A stretch of 64,000 nt of DNA from Phoronis australis (Eukaryota > Animalia > Phoronida), in NCBI GenBank assembly GCA_002633005.1, contig NMRA01000001.1:1459755-1523754 (forward strand), read 5' to 3'. The notes beneath the pieces were generated by a model that saw only the letters and a program-made list of their open reading frames with translations, was not told the origin of the DNA and did not search any database. The first letter of the stretch is position 1, and the number at the start of each line of letters is the position of its first letter. A program made the position numbers and the translations under genes. Of this stretch, positions 32,367-44,363 are shown one piece after another.

Positions 32367-34138
32367 TCCAGAGTCCAAGCTCAGCGACGCAATACAACAG
32401 GTCGGTCAATCCTGTAAATACACTTTATTTACTGTAGTTACACTTTGTTCTTTCCTGATAAAACAGTTAGTTACCATGACAACCATGACTTATGTTTTGC
32501 AACAGTGCTGCAGGATATGACTGAACTATAGTTTCGCAGTGCTATCTCTGGACGATTGACATTGTGGAGGGAAGATACTAAACGCGGGGACAATTTAGCA
32601 CTTGGAATTTTTACAAAATTATGTGTTTGGATAAATTGGTGTGCTCTGACAACGGTTAAATACATTACATGCTACGTGGAGTTGAGAAGGATTAGATTGA
32701 CTGGTCCATGGCCAAATAATCATTTTCGAAGTGCTTTAAGTTAGTAATTTACAGCGCTAGGTAAATCAGGCCAAATTATTATCATTACTATTTCTAATAT
32801 TAGGATTTTAATTTTATTTGACTGGGTCCAAAACGTCAAAATGACGCCATACTGAACAAGCAAATTTCGTACGCGTGTGGGCATTAGTGGACTTTTGTCG
32901 TACTACTGTCCGGGAATGAAGCGAAAAAGTGTATTGGATTTTTGTGTTGAATTAGTTAATGCCTTGTTACACTGATGTAAGTCAAAGAACACGAACTCGT
33001 GTGGAATGCATCGATTTAGTCTTTTGTTGTTACATCAACTGCAAGGAGTCACAAAGGTATTTTAGGCATTTCTCAACTTCCAACCAATGCCAGTGTAAGG
33101 TGTGAGAACAATTTCATGAATGTGTCTCTCCCTAACCTCCAATCCGAGACCAGCACACAACACAGTACGATTCCCCAAACACCGCACTCGTCGAAAGTGC
33201 ACCGTGCACGCGGTGACCAAACTCTGGTCCAGCACCAGATTCCATGGCCTCNTCCAGAGTCCAAGCTCAGCGACGCAATACAACAGGCCGGTCAATCCTG
33301 TAAATACACTTTATTTACCGTAGTTACACTTTGTTCTTTCCTGATAAAACAGTTAGTTACCATGACAACCATGACTTATGTTTTGCAACAGTGCTGCAGG
33401 ATATGACTGAACTATAGTTTCACAGTGCTATCTCTGGACGATTGACATTGTGGAGGGAAGATAGTAACTACGGGGACAATTTAGCACTTGGAATTTTTAC
33501 AAAATTTTGTGTTTGGATAAATCGGTGTGCTCTGACAACGGTTAAATACATTACATGCTACGTGGAGTTGAGAAGGATTAGATTGACTGGGTCCATGGCC
33601 AAGTAATCATTTGCGAAGTGCTTTAAGTTAGTAATTTACAGCGTTAGGTAAATCAGGCCAAATTATTATCATTACTATTTCTAATATTAGGATTTTAATT
33701 TTATTTGACTGGGTCCAAAACGTCAAAATGACGCTATACTGAACAAGCAAATTCCGTACGCGTGTGGGCATTAGTGGACTTTTGTCGTACTACTGTCCGG
33801 GAATGAAGCGAAAAAGTGTATTGGATTTTTGTGTTGAATTAGTTAATGCCTTGTTACATTGATGTAAGTCAAAGAACACGAACTCGTGTGGAATGCATCG
33901 ATTTAGTCTTTTGTTGTTACATCAACTGCAAGGAGTCACAAAGGTATTTTAGGCATTTCTCAACTTCCAACCAATGCCAGTGTAAGGTGTGAGAACAATT
34001 TCATGAATGTGTCTCTCCCTAACCTCCAATCCGAGACCAGCACACAACACAGTACGATTCCCCAAACACCGCACTCGTCGAAAGTGCACCGTGCACGCGG
34101 TGACCAAACTCTGGTCCAGCACCAGATTCCATGGCCTC
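32367..34138 (+). repeat. Near-identical 885/886-bp tandem duplication joined at an N
   Basis: Copy 1 is 32367-33251, N at 33252, copy 2 is 33253-34138. They differ only by scattered SNPs and a 1-bp indel. Confidence 0.95.
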
Positions 34139-34260
34139 CCCCTTTAAATTCAAGCTAGGTTGCAGCCATGGAATCTGGTTCCTGGGGCTCATTGGAAATT
34201 GATCACCGAGTACGTACGGAACATTTTCGATGAGTATGGGGAGTCTAGGTCATTGGCACG
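34050..34260. repeat. Imperfect palindromic element
   Basis: Core ACCAGATTCCATGGC (34121-34135) / GCCATGGAATCTGGT (34165-34179) with weaker outer arms. Confidence 0.6.
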
Positions 34261-37200
34261 GTTCTGGGAATTTGAACAGCGGGTTCAACTGACTGCTAGT
34301 ACGGCATTGGAGTTTAAAGAATCGTAGTTCGAATTCAAGTTGCACTCACGAAACTGTTTCCAGCCCTTGCATTCGGAATGTCCGAATACGGTTACATTCC
34401 TTCCAATCGCAAGGCCCGAATTTTTCTGTTTACTAAGAGGAAGTCAATTCATTATCCTGTCATAGAGCTATTCTTTGTATAGCACTCCAAAAGAGTCTAT
34501 GGTACACTGCCTAATTGAGGCGTTCCCGCACCACTTGCTCCAAAACAAGTTACGAGGAAACCGACTTTACTCCACCAGGAGACTTTCCACCAGCTCTGGA
34601 GCACGACTCAACCCATTGAATACGGAATGACCTCTAGTACATTATCGAATATCATGGAGTATTCTTCGGTCATATTCATACATATATTTTCCCTTCTAAT
34701 CATCATTGCCATTTAATGTATATATTGAAATGTTTTATTCAAGTGCCTTATACCCAAGGGTGTTGAGTGTCAATTAGCAAAACTGACTGAGACTATTAGT
34801 CCATGACACCGACAAGAAACAGAAAAACAGCAAATGCTCTCAAATTAAACTGATAACGGTCGTAGCAAATTTAGACGACACGCTAGTTGACAGTCCACAT
34901 TATTAAACGCTCGGGAACTGAGTGACGGCTTCGTGATAATTCTACGCAAAGTTAGTTGAAGACAAGACTCTAACTAAATTGTCCTCAGTCCTTGAGAGTT
35001 TAAATGGGCCCTCGATCAATTTCGCCAAAGAGCGCCTAAGAAAAATAATGAAAAAAGAGAGTGAGCAAAATTCCTCTGGCGTTTTTCAATTCCATTTCGC
35101 TTTTCAAAAAGTTAGTGACTACAGAATTGTGTGGCTTTTTATTTACCAGTGCACAATTCTATCGTGTACATAATAACTCGGTTTTTTTCGTGACTGACAG
35201 TACTCAAAACGGCATTTTATTCGCAATCTGAGAAAAGAATTTTTTCAACTCAAAATCATTACTTTTGAGCCCGAACAATGAAAAGGAAAAATATAACATA
35301 TGTATCACTGACAGTTATCGTCGTTTTGACGAGTGTTAATCCGGTTACGTTGTTTGTTTAATTCGGGAAGCTCGAGTATAATTTCCAATGAATTTCTTTA
35401 ATTGGTTCGTTTCCACGTAAAAGACACCCATTTGCTTTAAAATAAGGTTGAACTGAAATTTTATGAACGTACGAAGGTAAAAATTAACGATTGACTCTTA
35501 CGTCACTAAAGCTTGTGTAAGTGTTCCAACACATCCCCTATCTCAGAGGCTTTGACCTTTTGTTTATTTACATTTGCATCATTGGTTGTATTCTTCTCCC
35601 ACAGCGTGTCGCTGACATAAAGACTCCTGTCTTTGTTTTTGTGCACTCGCCTACCGCCAAAGATCCAATTTACAATCAAGTGCATCTACTGCATGTATTA
35701 TTACACGGATTGCCCCCAGCGTGCTATTGATGTCCTGCAGCAAGAAATCGATTGAAAAATTCCAATACATCAAAGCTTGTTTTAATCTCGGCGCGTTAAT
35801 TCATCAATCAGCGAATCTCGTGACCAAATGGTCTTGGATATCGCACAAAACCGTGTCCGATTTTCGTTACTGCTACCAGTACTTAAAGCTGGGAAACGAG
35901 CCAAATAGTAATCCAGCAACCTTTGTTCATAAACACAGCTATTTCTTTGTCTCGCTGTTTCACGTCGCGTATCCCGAGTTGTTACAGGGTACCGCTCACG
36001 CCAATTGGCTGAGCAGAGTAAGTGATAAGCAGCGCTTAACTACGTTCTTTCACCCAAGTCATCAACAATATCCGTCCACTCAGGCGCTAGTTAAATCGCG
36101 TTTGGAGAACAAATTGAAAAAGAGGCTATTCTCCTCGGGTCATTTTTTACCCTACTGCAGCTACTATTTGATTTGTTTACGTATTTCAGCATATCGAAAT
36201 GTTTCACATTTCTATAATTTCTATATTTTCATTAGGCTAATATTAATTCAGTTGCTGCTCAATTATTATCATCAATTGCAAGCTACTTATTTTTGGATCA
36301 CCTCTCTGCCGTTTGAAAATAGAATTATACTAGCCGGAGCCAAAATAAAGTGTTCTGCTCGAGTGACATTGTTAGGAGACGGTGGGCATGGTGATCACAA
36401 CTCAAGTTTTTTAACTGAATTATGACTCAAATTGCACCACTTTTAAAAGGTCTAAAAGTAAGCTTTTTATGAACATCACTTGCTCCCATATTTGATTGAT
36501 CAGATGCCAGAGTTGTATGATAGACTTTTATGCAAATGGCAGGTGGATGCGAGACTACACTCCGGTACCTGAGTTAGGAATAATGTCTTGGTTCAGCCAA
36601 GACATAGACCTCCTATGGCCAAAGAAATTGTCAATATCAAACCCAACGCGGGCTCCCATTGGCTCATTACAAACACTGTAGTGCAGCAGCACGCAACACT
36701 GTCTCACGGACTTCATGTTTGTTTAATTTGCAAAACGAAACGGGCCAAAAGGGAAGCAGAGTGGCGAACGAGGAGTTGGTGATACGTGTACTGTTGGCAC
36801 AGCTGTCATGCTATGTACAAAAGGAAAGGTAGATCCCAATTTTGTTCAAAGCCTGTGTGAAGGCGTGTATATTGAAGGTGATAACGAAATTGATCGACGT
36901 TTTACCTGTTGCAGGGTCGTTCACAACACCTCGGGTATTTTTGTACTTATCTCAAATTTCCCCCTCTGATGTAAACATTATCTGCGTGTGTCCGTGAAGA
37001 CTTCAGTAGTACACGACAAGTCATATGATTTTAAACTGGGGAATGATGATAGGTGGTATGACTGAAGTTCGCACATGCGCAGATAGCGTTCAAAGCCGGG
37101 TTTACAGTAACTTTAAAAATGTATTTTGTAGCTGCTTGGCTTTCAATATTGACGTTTTAACAGAAGCACTTTGAGAGTTTTTAAAAAACACCACCTATCT

Positions 37201-39599
37201 TTAATAAATTTTTGGCCAAAGGAAACGCAACTTAAGTCAGAGGCAATCGTACATGCACTATTTTTGAAAATACAAAATTTTAAGTTGAGCTAACTCAGTG
37301 CACTCCAAAAAATTTGAAACGTTTTTTGAGTCGTTTATGGTTGCGATATTATTGCTAGTAAAGGAAATAGACTATATCGTGATAAGGAATATTGGGAGAC
37401 CAATTTCCCGAAAGTAAATTAAAGAGTTAAATTGATTTTCATTTTTAGCTAGATATGCACGACGAAATGCAACTTTAACTATATAGATGGAGTTTTGTAA
37501 TACGTGCATGTTCTGTACAAACACAAAAGAAGACGGAGTACTATAAACTAGCGAGAGCCAACAAACAAACGGAGTGAGGTTCTGTAAACAGTCTGTTCGA
37601 ATTCATAGCACTAATTCATATGTTTTCGCAGTATCCACTACCCCCTACCGAATCCGCGGGGATAGATCAAACAGTGCATTGGGACTTTTATCAAAGGTAA
37701 AAAATACGAAAGTCCTTAGGTAATCAATAGCATTTGTGTACTGCTGTGGTCTTTACCAGATAATCAATACGAGATAACATTGTTTCACATAGCTGAAATG
37801 ACTTTCGTCCAGTTGGAGGAATAAAAGTCAGGTGTGGTCAAGCTTCGTTAAAAGGAATTATCTCTAGAATCTCCCCCAAAAAGAACTCCATCTGGGACAT
37901 TTTCAGGTTTGGTTAAAGGGGTCTTCTTGCCGAGAAAACTAATTTTACAGAAATTAGCTGCAGTATGCAATCAAACCCATTGGTTAAGCAATAGCAGTCG
38001 AATGTTCTGCCTCTGAGCTAAATCCTACGCATCAAATAGCGGAATATTCTCATCATATGTAAATGTTAAAACATCGGCCTTGATTTCAGCGAATATCTTG
38101 CAGACAGCGGTGAGAATAAGGAATTTGTAATTAGATCACAAAAACAAAATCGGATGATGTTGTTTTTACATATATGATCAAAGCTAATAACTTCAAGAAG
38201 TCTATCCCTTCCAACAATAATCCTCAAAAGGCAATTTTCGACCTAAAACAGATAACGTCCCTTTGACTTGACGCTTATAAAAGAAACTAAACAGTAGATA
38301 ACCCGCAAAATCGGAATCACATTTTGCATCATGTATGTTTTATTATATTTTAAACTTTAAAACTTGCAACAAAAATCAGTGAGTTATTTCGCACAAAGTC
38401 GCGTCGAATTTGTAGCGATAGGACACAGGAATTACTTTACTGGACCCTAATGTAGCGACATATGGATATTTTCGATTGAAAAATTCGTACTTAAACGCAA
38501 TTACAGCATTCAGTAAATTGATTAAGTCCCTGATCAAATAATGATTATTGAAAATGAATTCAGTTTTGATTACATTTGGCAGAACCTTTTATCAGGGAAG
38601 ACCACTGCGGCATACACTGTTACATGGAAAATTGATTATAACTGCGGTAGTATAGTCTTGAAATTCAGTACGAGTTGCCCAAACTTAGAGGCGGAAATTA
38701 TTGGCCTAGAAAAAAATCATTTGAATAAGCTATGTGTGACCATGTAACATTCTTTATTTGGAATTTACCCTGTCCGATCTCGGACAAACAGTTTTCGAGC
38801 ATATTTCACAGTGACAACAGTCAAACCGCGTTGCAACTAAAATGCATGAGGTCCACGAAACAGGTCGTAGGCAAGTTATTGCAAACGCGACGCAGTACTT
38901 CTAGAAGAACGAAAACGTTGCAACTGAGGAATCGAAAACCTGAAAATTTATCATATTCGCACTTAAAAACCGCCTTTACGAATTACGCTAGCAAATTAAA
39001 ATCAACGTTATTGCCGTCTTCATTACCTGTGACCTTTCATAAAAAATATTTTATAGCGTTCGTCACTTTTTATAAAATTCCATTCCACAATCGTCAGACT
39101 TCTAAGGCAACAATAGCAAAAAACGGCAATAAAGTTTACGTGTAGTCCTGGTTAAGATAACGACATTACATGTCAAAGATTTTAAACCTTTGTTGTTCAC
39201 GATTTTATTAACGAGTCCATTTTTGTGATTTTATTGCCAGTTGGGGTTTGATGTTTCTCCTTGTAGTTTTGATCAGTTGTCACGACACGGTGTTGCACTG
39301 GGAGTTGTAGAGATGGTAACAGATGAGAGACTGGGTATTCGCAACACTAGCGCGATGGCGGTTGACCATGTCAACGAGATCAAACACTTCGTCGACTTTA
39401 TTTCCCACCACGTCGAACTGAGCAATCATACTCAACAAAAGCAGCTTGGTCAACGACCACCAACACCGTGACGTCTACGTCGTGGTCGTTAGGGAAGCCG
39501 CCCATTGTTGTCGTTTGACGTCATTTTAATACGTTTCGCGAGTCAAATGCCCGGCATTATCACATCGACCAAAATCAGAAAGAGGTGACTTCACACGAA

Positions 39600-39700
39600 C
39601 TCATTCCCAATCCTAATCCCAACCCTAACTGCCCTTAACCCAAACGCTAGCCTGAACCTGACTGTTCCGCAGCATATCCGAACAGTAACGCTAACTCTCA
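39600..39700. repeat. Degenerate (CCCTAA)n-like tract
   Basis: cccaat cctaat cccaac cctaac ... cttaac ccaaac; interstitial and probably part of a transposon relic. Confidence 0.5.
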
Positions 39701-41041
39701 AAGGTGACGTCATTGAATTCCTTCTGTTGCCTGATTCCTTTCGAGTAGAACTGAAGTCAAATAAGACAGTCGGTTAGAAATCATCACCAATGAACTAGTC
39801 AAGACGAAGCTGTTTCGGTAAAGAAGAAGGCGTAGTGTTCAGCGGACATGCGCACGCGTGGTGGGTGTGCTACATTCTGACAGTCAAGGAGTTGAAATTT
39901 TCACCGTGTTCACCTGTCATATTTGGTTTCACGACCAAAAAACCCTGTTTGAGTTTATTGTTGGGTGAGATAGACTTCTTTGAGTTATTAGATTTGAGCG
40001 GGAGCCATAGCAAAATCCTTAGTGTTTTTGACGGTGATTTTATTACAAGTCAGTTCTCAACGTTTTCTGTCAGCCTGGCTAAATCAAATCCGGTGACTTT
40101 ACCGGTTAAATACACTTGAAAACTTGATCATTTATCGAGTGGGAACAATACAACGTATCAGACTGACCAGGCTGACTCTGAAGTTGTGATTCGATTCCGC
40201 GTTGGGGATCGGATCTTAGAAAACCACTTTTCTGGCCTATAATGTCATTTCAAGCCGAGTGAAACTGGATTTCATTTTCCTGACGAAAGTGCCATCTCCC
40301 AACATGTACTACAGAATTATTCACTTTCAACTGTGAGAGCCGAATTTCCAGAAAAAATCACAAAATTTACTATTTTTGAAATGCGCGCGATGGAAAAACT
40401 CTGTTGTCACCACAGAGTTTTTAATCTTCTTCCCACTTATGAGAAATGAGCGCATGCAGTCACAGTCATTCGACAGACAGCTGACTGGCAAGATGGATAT
40501 TAGCTGCAGATTATCATCTCTGCTCGCAATCCGAATCTGAAGACGACAGCATGAGGCAAGCCAGTGAAGCAAACCATTCTCCAAAAATAAGGGTAAGTGC
40601 ATTTTAGAATATATTTGAATACTACGATACCTTTTATAGGCGTATTTAGGGGGGCACCCCCCCCCCCTCTTGGCTGCCGTAAGCAAAATGAAACAGCAAC
40701 AGCGTGAAGCGTGAGGAAATACTAAGATCAGTAACTACGGCCGGTAGCGGATGAGGGGGGGCTCAGAACCTAGATGGCGGCGGAATCTTGTTCCCGTTTT
40801 TTTTTTTAGTCCATTGACAGATTTTCTGAACAGAAGGTTCAGAGCCCTGAACCCCGCCACTTTCGGGCGCCTGTGCACATACACTCGCGCTTTGCCCAAT
40901 TCCCCGAGGCAACATGTTGGGCACCCCTCAAGGTATCCTAGATCCGCCATTGTAGGACATACATTAATTGCCTTTTAATCGGACTGGCTGCTGCTTGAAA
41001 TCAACATTGTTTTGTATACATCAAAGGTCAACAAATATACA

Positions 41042-41190
41042 AGGCCAAGGCTCCAAGTCCAAGGTTTCTTCAAGAGTGTATGAACCATGAAATAGTCATA
41101 CGCAAACTACATTTCTACGTTGGTTATGGCGACCGTAGCGTAGTCGTAGGCCAAACGTCGTCAAGTTCGCAACTAGCATAAAACATGTAA
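41042..41190. repeat. ~150-bp repeat, inverted partner of 44545-44694 (Penelope-like relic?)
   Basis: Reverse-complement match to 44545-44694. Confidence 0.75.
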
Positions 41191-44172
41191 TAGTGAATTA
41201 CATTTCTTTTATTTCGAATATCCTAGAAATACATGATGCACATGGCTGTTTTTAGTTTGAACGCATACGCGACCTGTTTAAAACAGGGCAGTGCCATCGA
41301 TTCAATTAGGCCAATACAAATTGCGTTGGCGGTTTTTACTGCTCACAAAAGATGGCGCTTGTTTATACCTTTACTTTCGCGAACTGCAAACAGGTTCCAA
41401 TGTGTCCAATATCCTGCGCTACACAAAATCTGAAGCTATAACACATTCATTTTTTACTAATTGGGTGATGGGTGATAATTAATAACCTTCCCGGTGCGTT
41501 TTCTGTCAAAATCCAGCCAAGTTACTTTTCCAAGACTTGAGAAGAAGTCGTCTTGACTGAGTCCTCGCTGGTTCCCTGTGTGCCGCTAGGTTGTAGCCAG
41601 CTGGCTAGGCACGTAGGGCACCCCGCCGGGGAGGACTTAGATCAAGCTCTTCAAATTTGTGTGTCAGAGCATGTGGGCACCCAGCCTTCGATTTGGGGGG
41701 CTCGAATTCCTGACGTTGTGGACCTTTTGGTAACAAAAAAGCGGGCGGACTAAAAAAAAAAAAACGGGCGGGTTTGCACGGTGCCTGTTTAGTGGGCTTT
41801 TAACTCATTCTCTCGTACTTTTTGTTTCTCAAAGGCGGATCTTTTTGCCCAGTTCGCCAAATGTGGGGCTCGTTCGAGTCCCCTGAATGATTATCTCTTC
41901 CTGATGATACCAATGAGATGGGCTGCCCTGAAATCTCCCAAAATGGTAAATTTGTTGGCAACTGTTATGAATCAGACCCGGACGCGTCCAACGGCAACAA
42001 GAAGCCATAACTAACGTAAAACAATTTGAGATAGGCAACGGGACACAGAGCCTTTCGCCATTTCCAGCAGGTGTACACTGTGAAAGCCTTGAAGTCAATT
42101 CCCACAGACAGCAGCTACATATGAGGAGTACGCAGAATTCGCGGACGGCTGGGGTATTGATATTGCAGACCGACAGTTCACTGTTATCGGCAATCACCAC
42201 GTTTGATATTATTGTCATATTTTTAACAGTTTATCAGTATCTATCATAGCTAAACAACCACAACGGTATCGATACAGTGACTAAATTTCGTTTGATTTAA
42301 ATGTTCACGATAAAATCTTAAAATCCCTGTTACATTTTTTGAAATTATGACCGCTTCGTTTTCGTTTTATCCAACTTCTAATTTTTTCATTGAAGCAAAA
42401 AAGTCCTAATTTTTGATAGCTTCTGGTTCAAAAGTGAAACAATTTATAAACAATTCCTATTTGCATTTTGGACAACAGCATAATACTTGAACGTTTCAAA
42501 AAATCCGGCAATGAAGCCGATACGATGTTTCGAGGTTAGCCAAATTTGGCCATAGAGTTTGACATAATCTTAAAGAACTTTGGGTACCTGATATTTTGAG
42601 TAAAGTAGTGTAATAAGCTATTCATTTGTCTAAAATGTTGTCTATTTGTTCGACTGAAGTCCCTGTGCATCTCTGAGGCCATTAGCTAGCTGCTTAATTA
42701 TATTTATAGACACATCGTTTGATGTTCATTTCAATTTCCTTAGCATTTGTCACTGTATCCCATTGTAACTCAAAAATGGCGATTTCAATAAACTTAGTTT
42801 TGATCATGTGTTACGCGACTGTAAATTTCGTGAACAGATATTTCACGTATATTTAGCTTTAAGAAAAATCTCTCAGTTAAAATCAGAACCAAGAAGCCGA
42901 CAGCTTAACAAACTTCCGCGAACACTGGTCACTAGATACAGACACAAAAATTGAATGTTTTATTCTTTTCGTTCATTTCCATTGATAGTTTTGACCACTG
43001 CACACTAAAAACTCATCATAACGTACCGTGATGTATCGTGGGAGGTCATGTGACGAGCGTAGTAGGTAGCTTACCGTACATTCTATTACAGTGCTAAACG
43101 AAAGTTTGCAGTATAGGTGGCGCTGTGTCAGAGGGTAAGCTTACCGTCGATGATAGACGTCTAGGTTTGGTCCGCTTCCTTTAGCATCGCACCTCCCCCC
43201 ACTTTCCCTTCCCCCAAGTCACGTGTTGGGGCTTGGATTTACAAAAGTCAGCTTTGAAACCTAAAGCTTTTATGAGGAGATATTTTTCAGCAAAAAATGA
43301 CACAGTCATGTCTTTCACTGACTAGAGATGGTGAATAGCATTTGAAAGCATTTGACTTGCCAACCGTTGATTATTTTTTCTCTCCATTCATATAATTTAG
43401 GGATATCAAAGCGAAGTTAAGCGTTCACATTGACAACAGCTACGTAAAATATGGAGCCATCGACGTTAGTATGGAAGGACATTTCGGACAGCAATCGGCC
43501 AAGTACTCGTGACCGCAAAAAACACAAAATTTAGCTAAAACGAATAATATTTATTGTAAGTTTTAGAAATATAAATATTATTAAAATAGTTTTCATAAAT
43601 CGTGGAAAATGTTTGATCTTTTGGAAATATCTGATTATAAAGTGAACATTAGCAGATTTAGGGGCAGGGACAGGGCCTCACTCACCCCCTTGCGGTCCTT
43701 GACAAAAATAAGTAGTAGAAATGACAAGAAAATAATTTATAATTATTGGTTAAATAATATTTCAGTAAGTGGGTCTCAACCATTAGCTCAAGTTCCATTG
43801 TCTCCTAGGCATTAATCAGCCTAATGTTTTTCTCTTCGCCGCGACGGAACGTAAGGCGGTTCTGTGGCTTGCTGTCCTTACAAAACTGTTATTTTTTCAG
43901 TTGCGAAAGCGAGATATTCTTGTAAAAAACTGAGTGTGCCTCGCAGGGGTAAAGTTTATAAATATTTTGCAGGCCATCCTGTTCATATCACGAGTGAGGA
44001 CAGTAAAACGTGAAACAAAAATAGTTGTGGGTACCGGAATGTGATGCAGTGCGGCGCTTTTTTGTTTTCCGTAGAACTCACTTCGGCCTTTTCCGTGCTG
44101 TTGTTTACATCCCGATAAAGCCCGAAGCTCAACAGTTTACGTCAGGCGCTTGTATGTGTATGAAGAACGAGG

Positions 44173-44363
44173 ATGTCGTGCGAGGAGAAGTTCTCCGATT
44201 TGAAACAACTTAGGCCTCCAGAAAGTTTGAATGAGTTGATTGAACAGTTGAAAGAAATATTTTCTCAAGACCAAGTGAATATTGAATACGTATCTGAGCT
44301 TTTAAGTCAGTTTAAGTGCAAGCGGAGTGACTGGAAACGATTCGAGAAATTCGATGTTCACAG
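44173..44363 (+). CDS. CDO1: CDO1 exon 1
   Basis: MSCEEKF...SLNELIEQLKEIFSQDQVNIEYVSELL...DWKRFEKFDVH(R)|GTAGGT. Confidence 0.95.

Noticed and set aside
35721-36425. 234-aa ORF
   Set aside because: No recognisable domain, non-coding-like composition and an AT-rich low-complexity tail; treated as a chance ORF.
39600-39700. Telomere
   Set aside because: Short, highly degenerate and interstitial.
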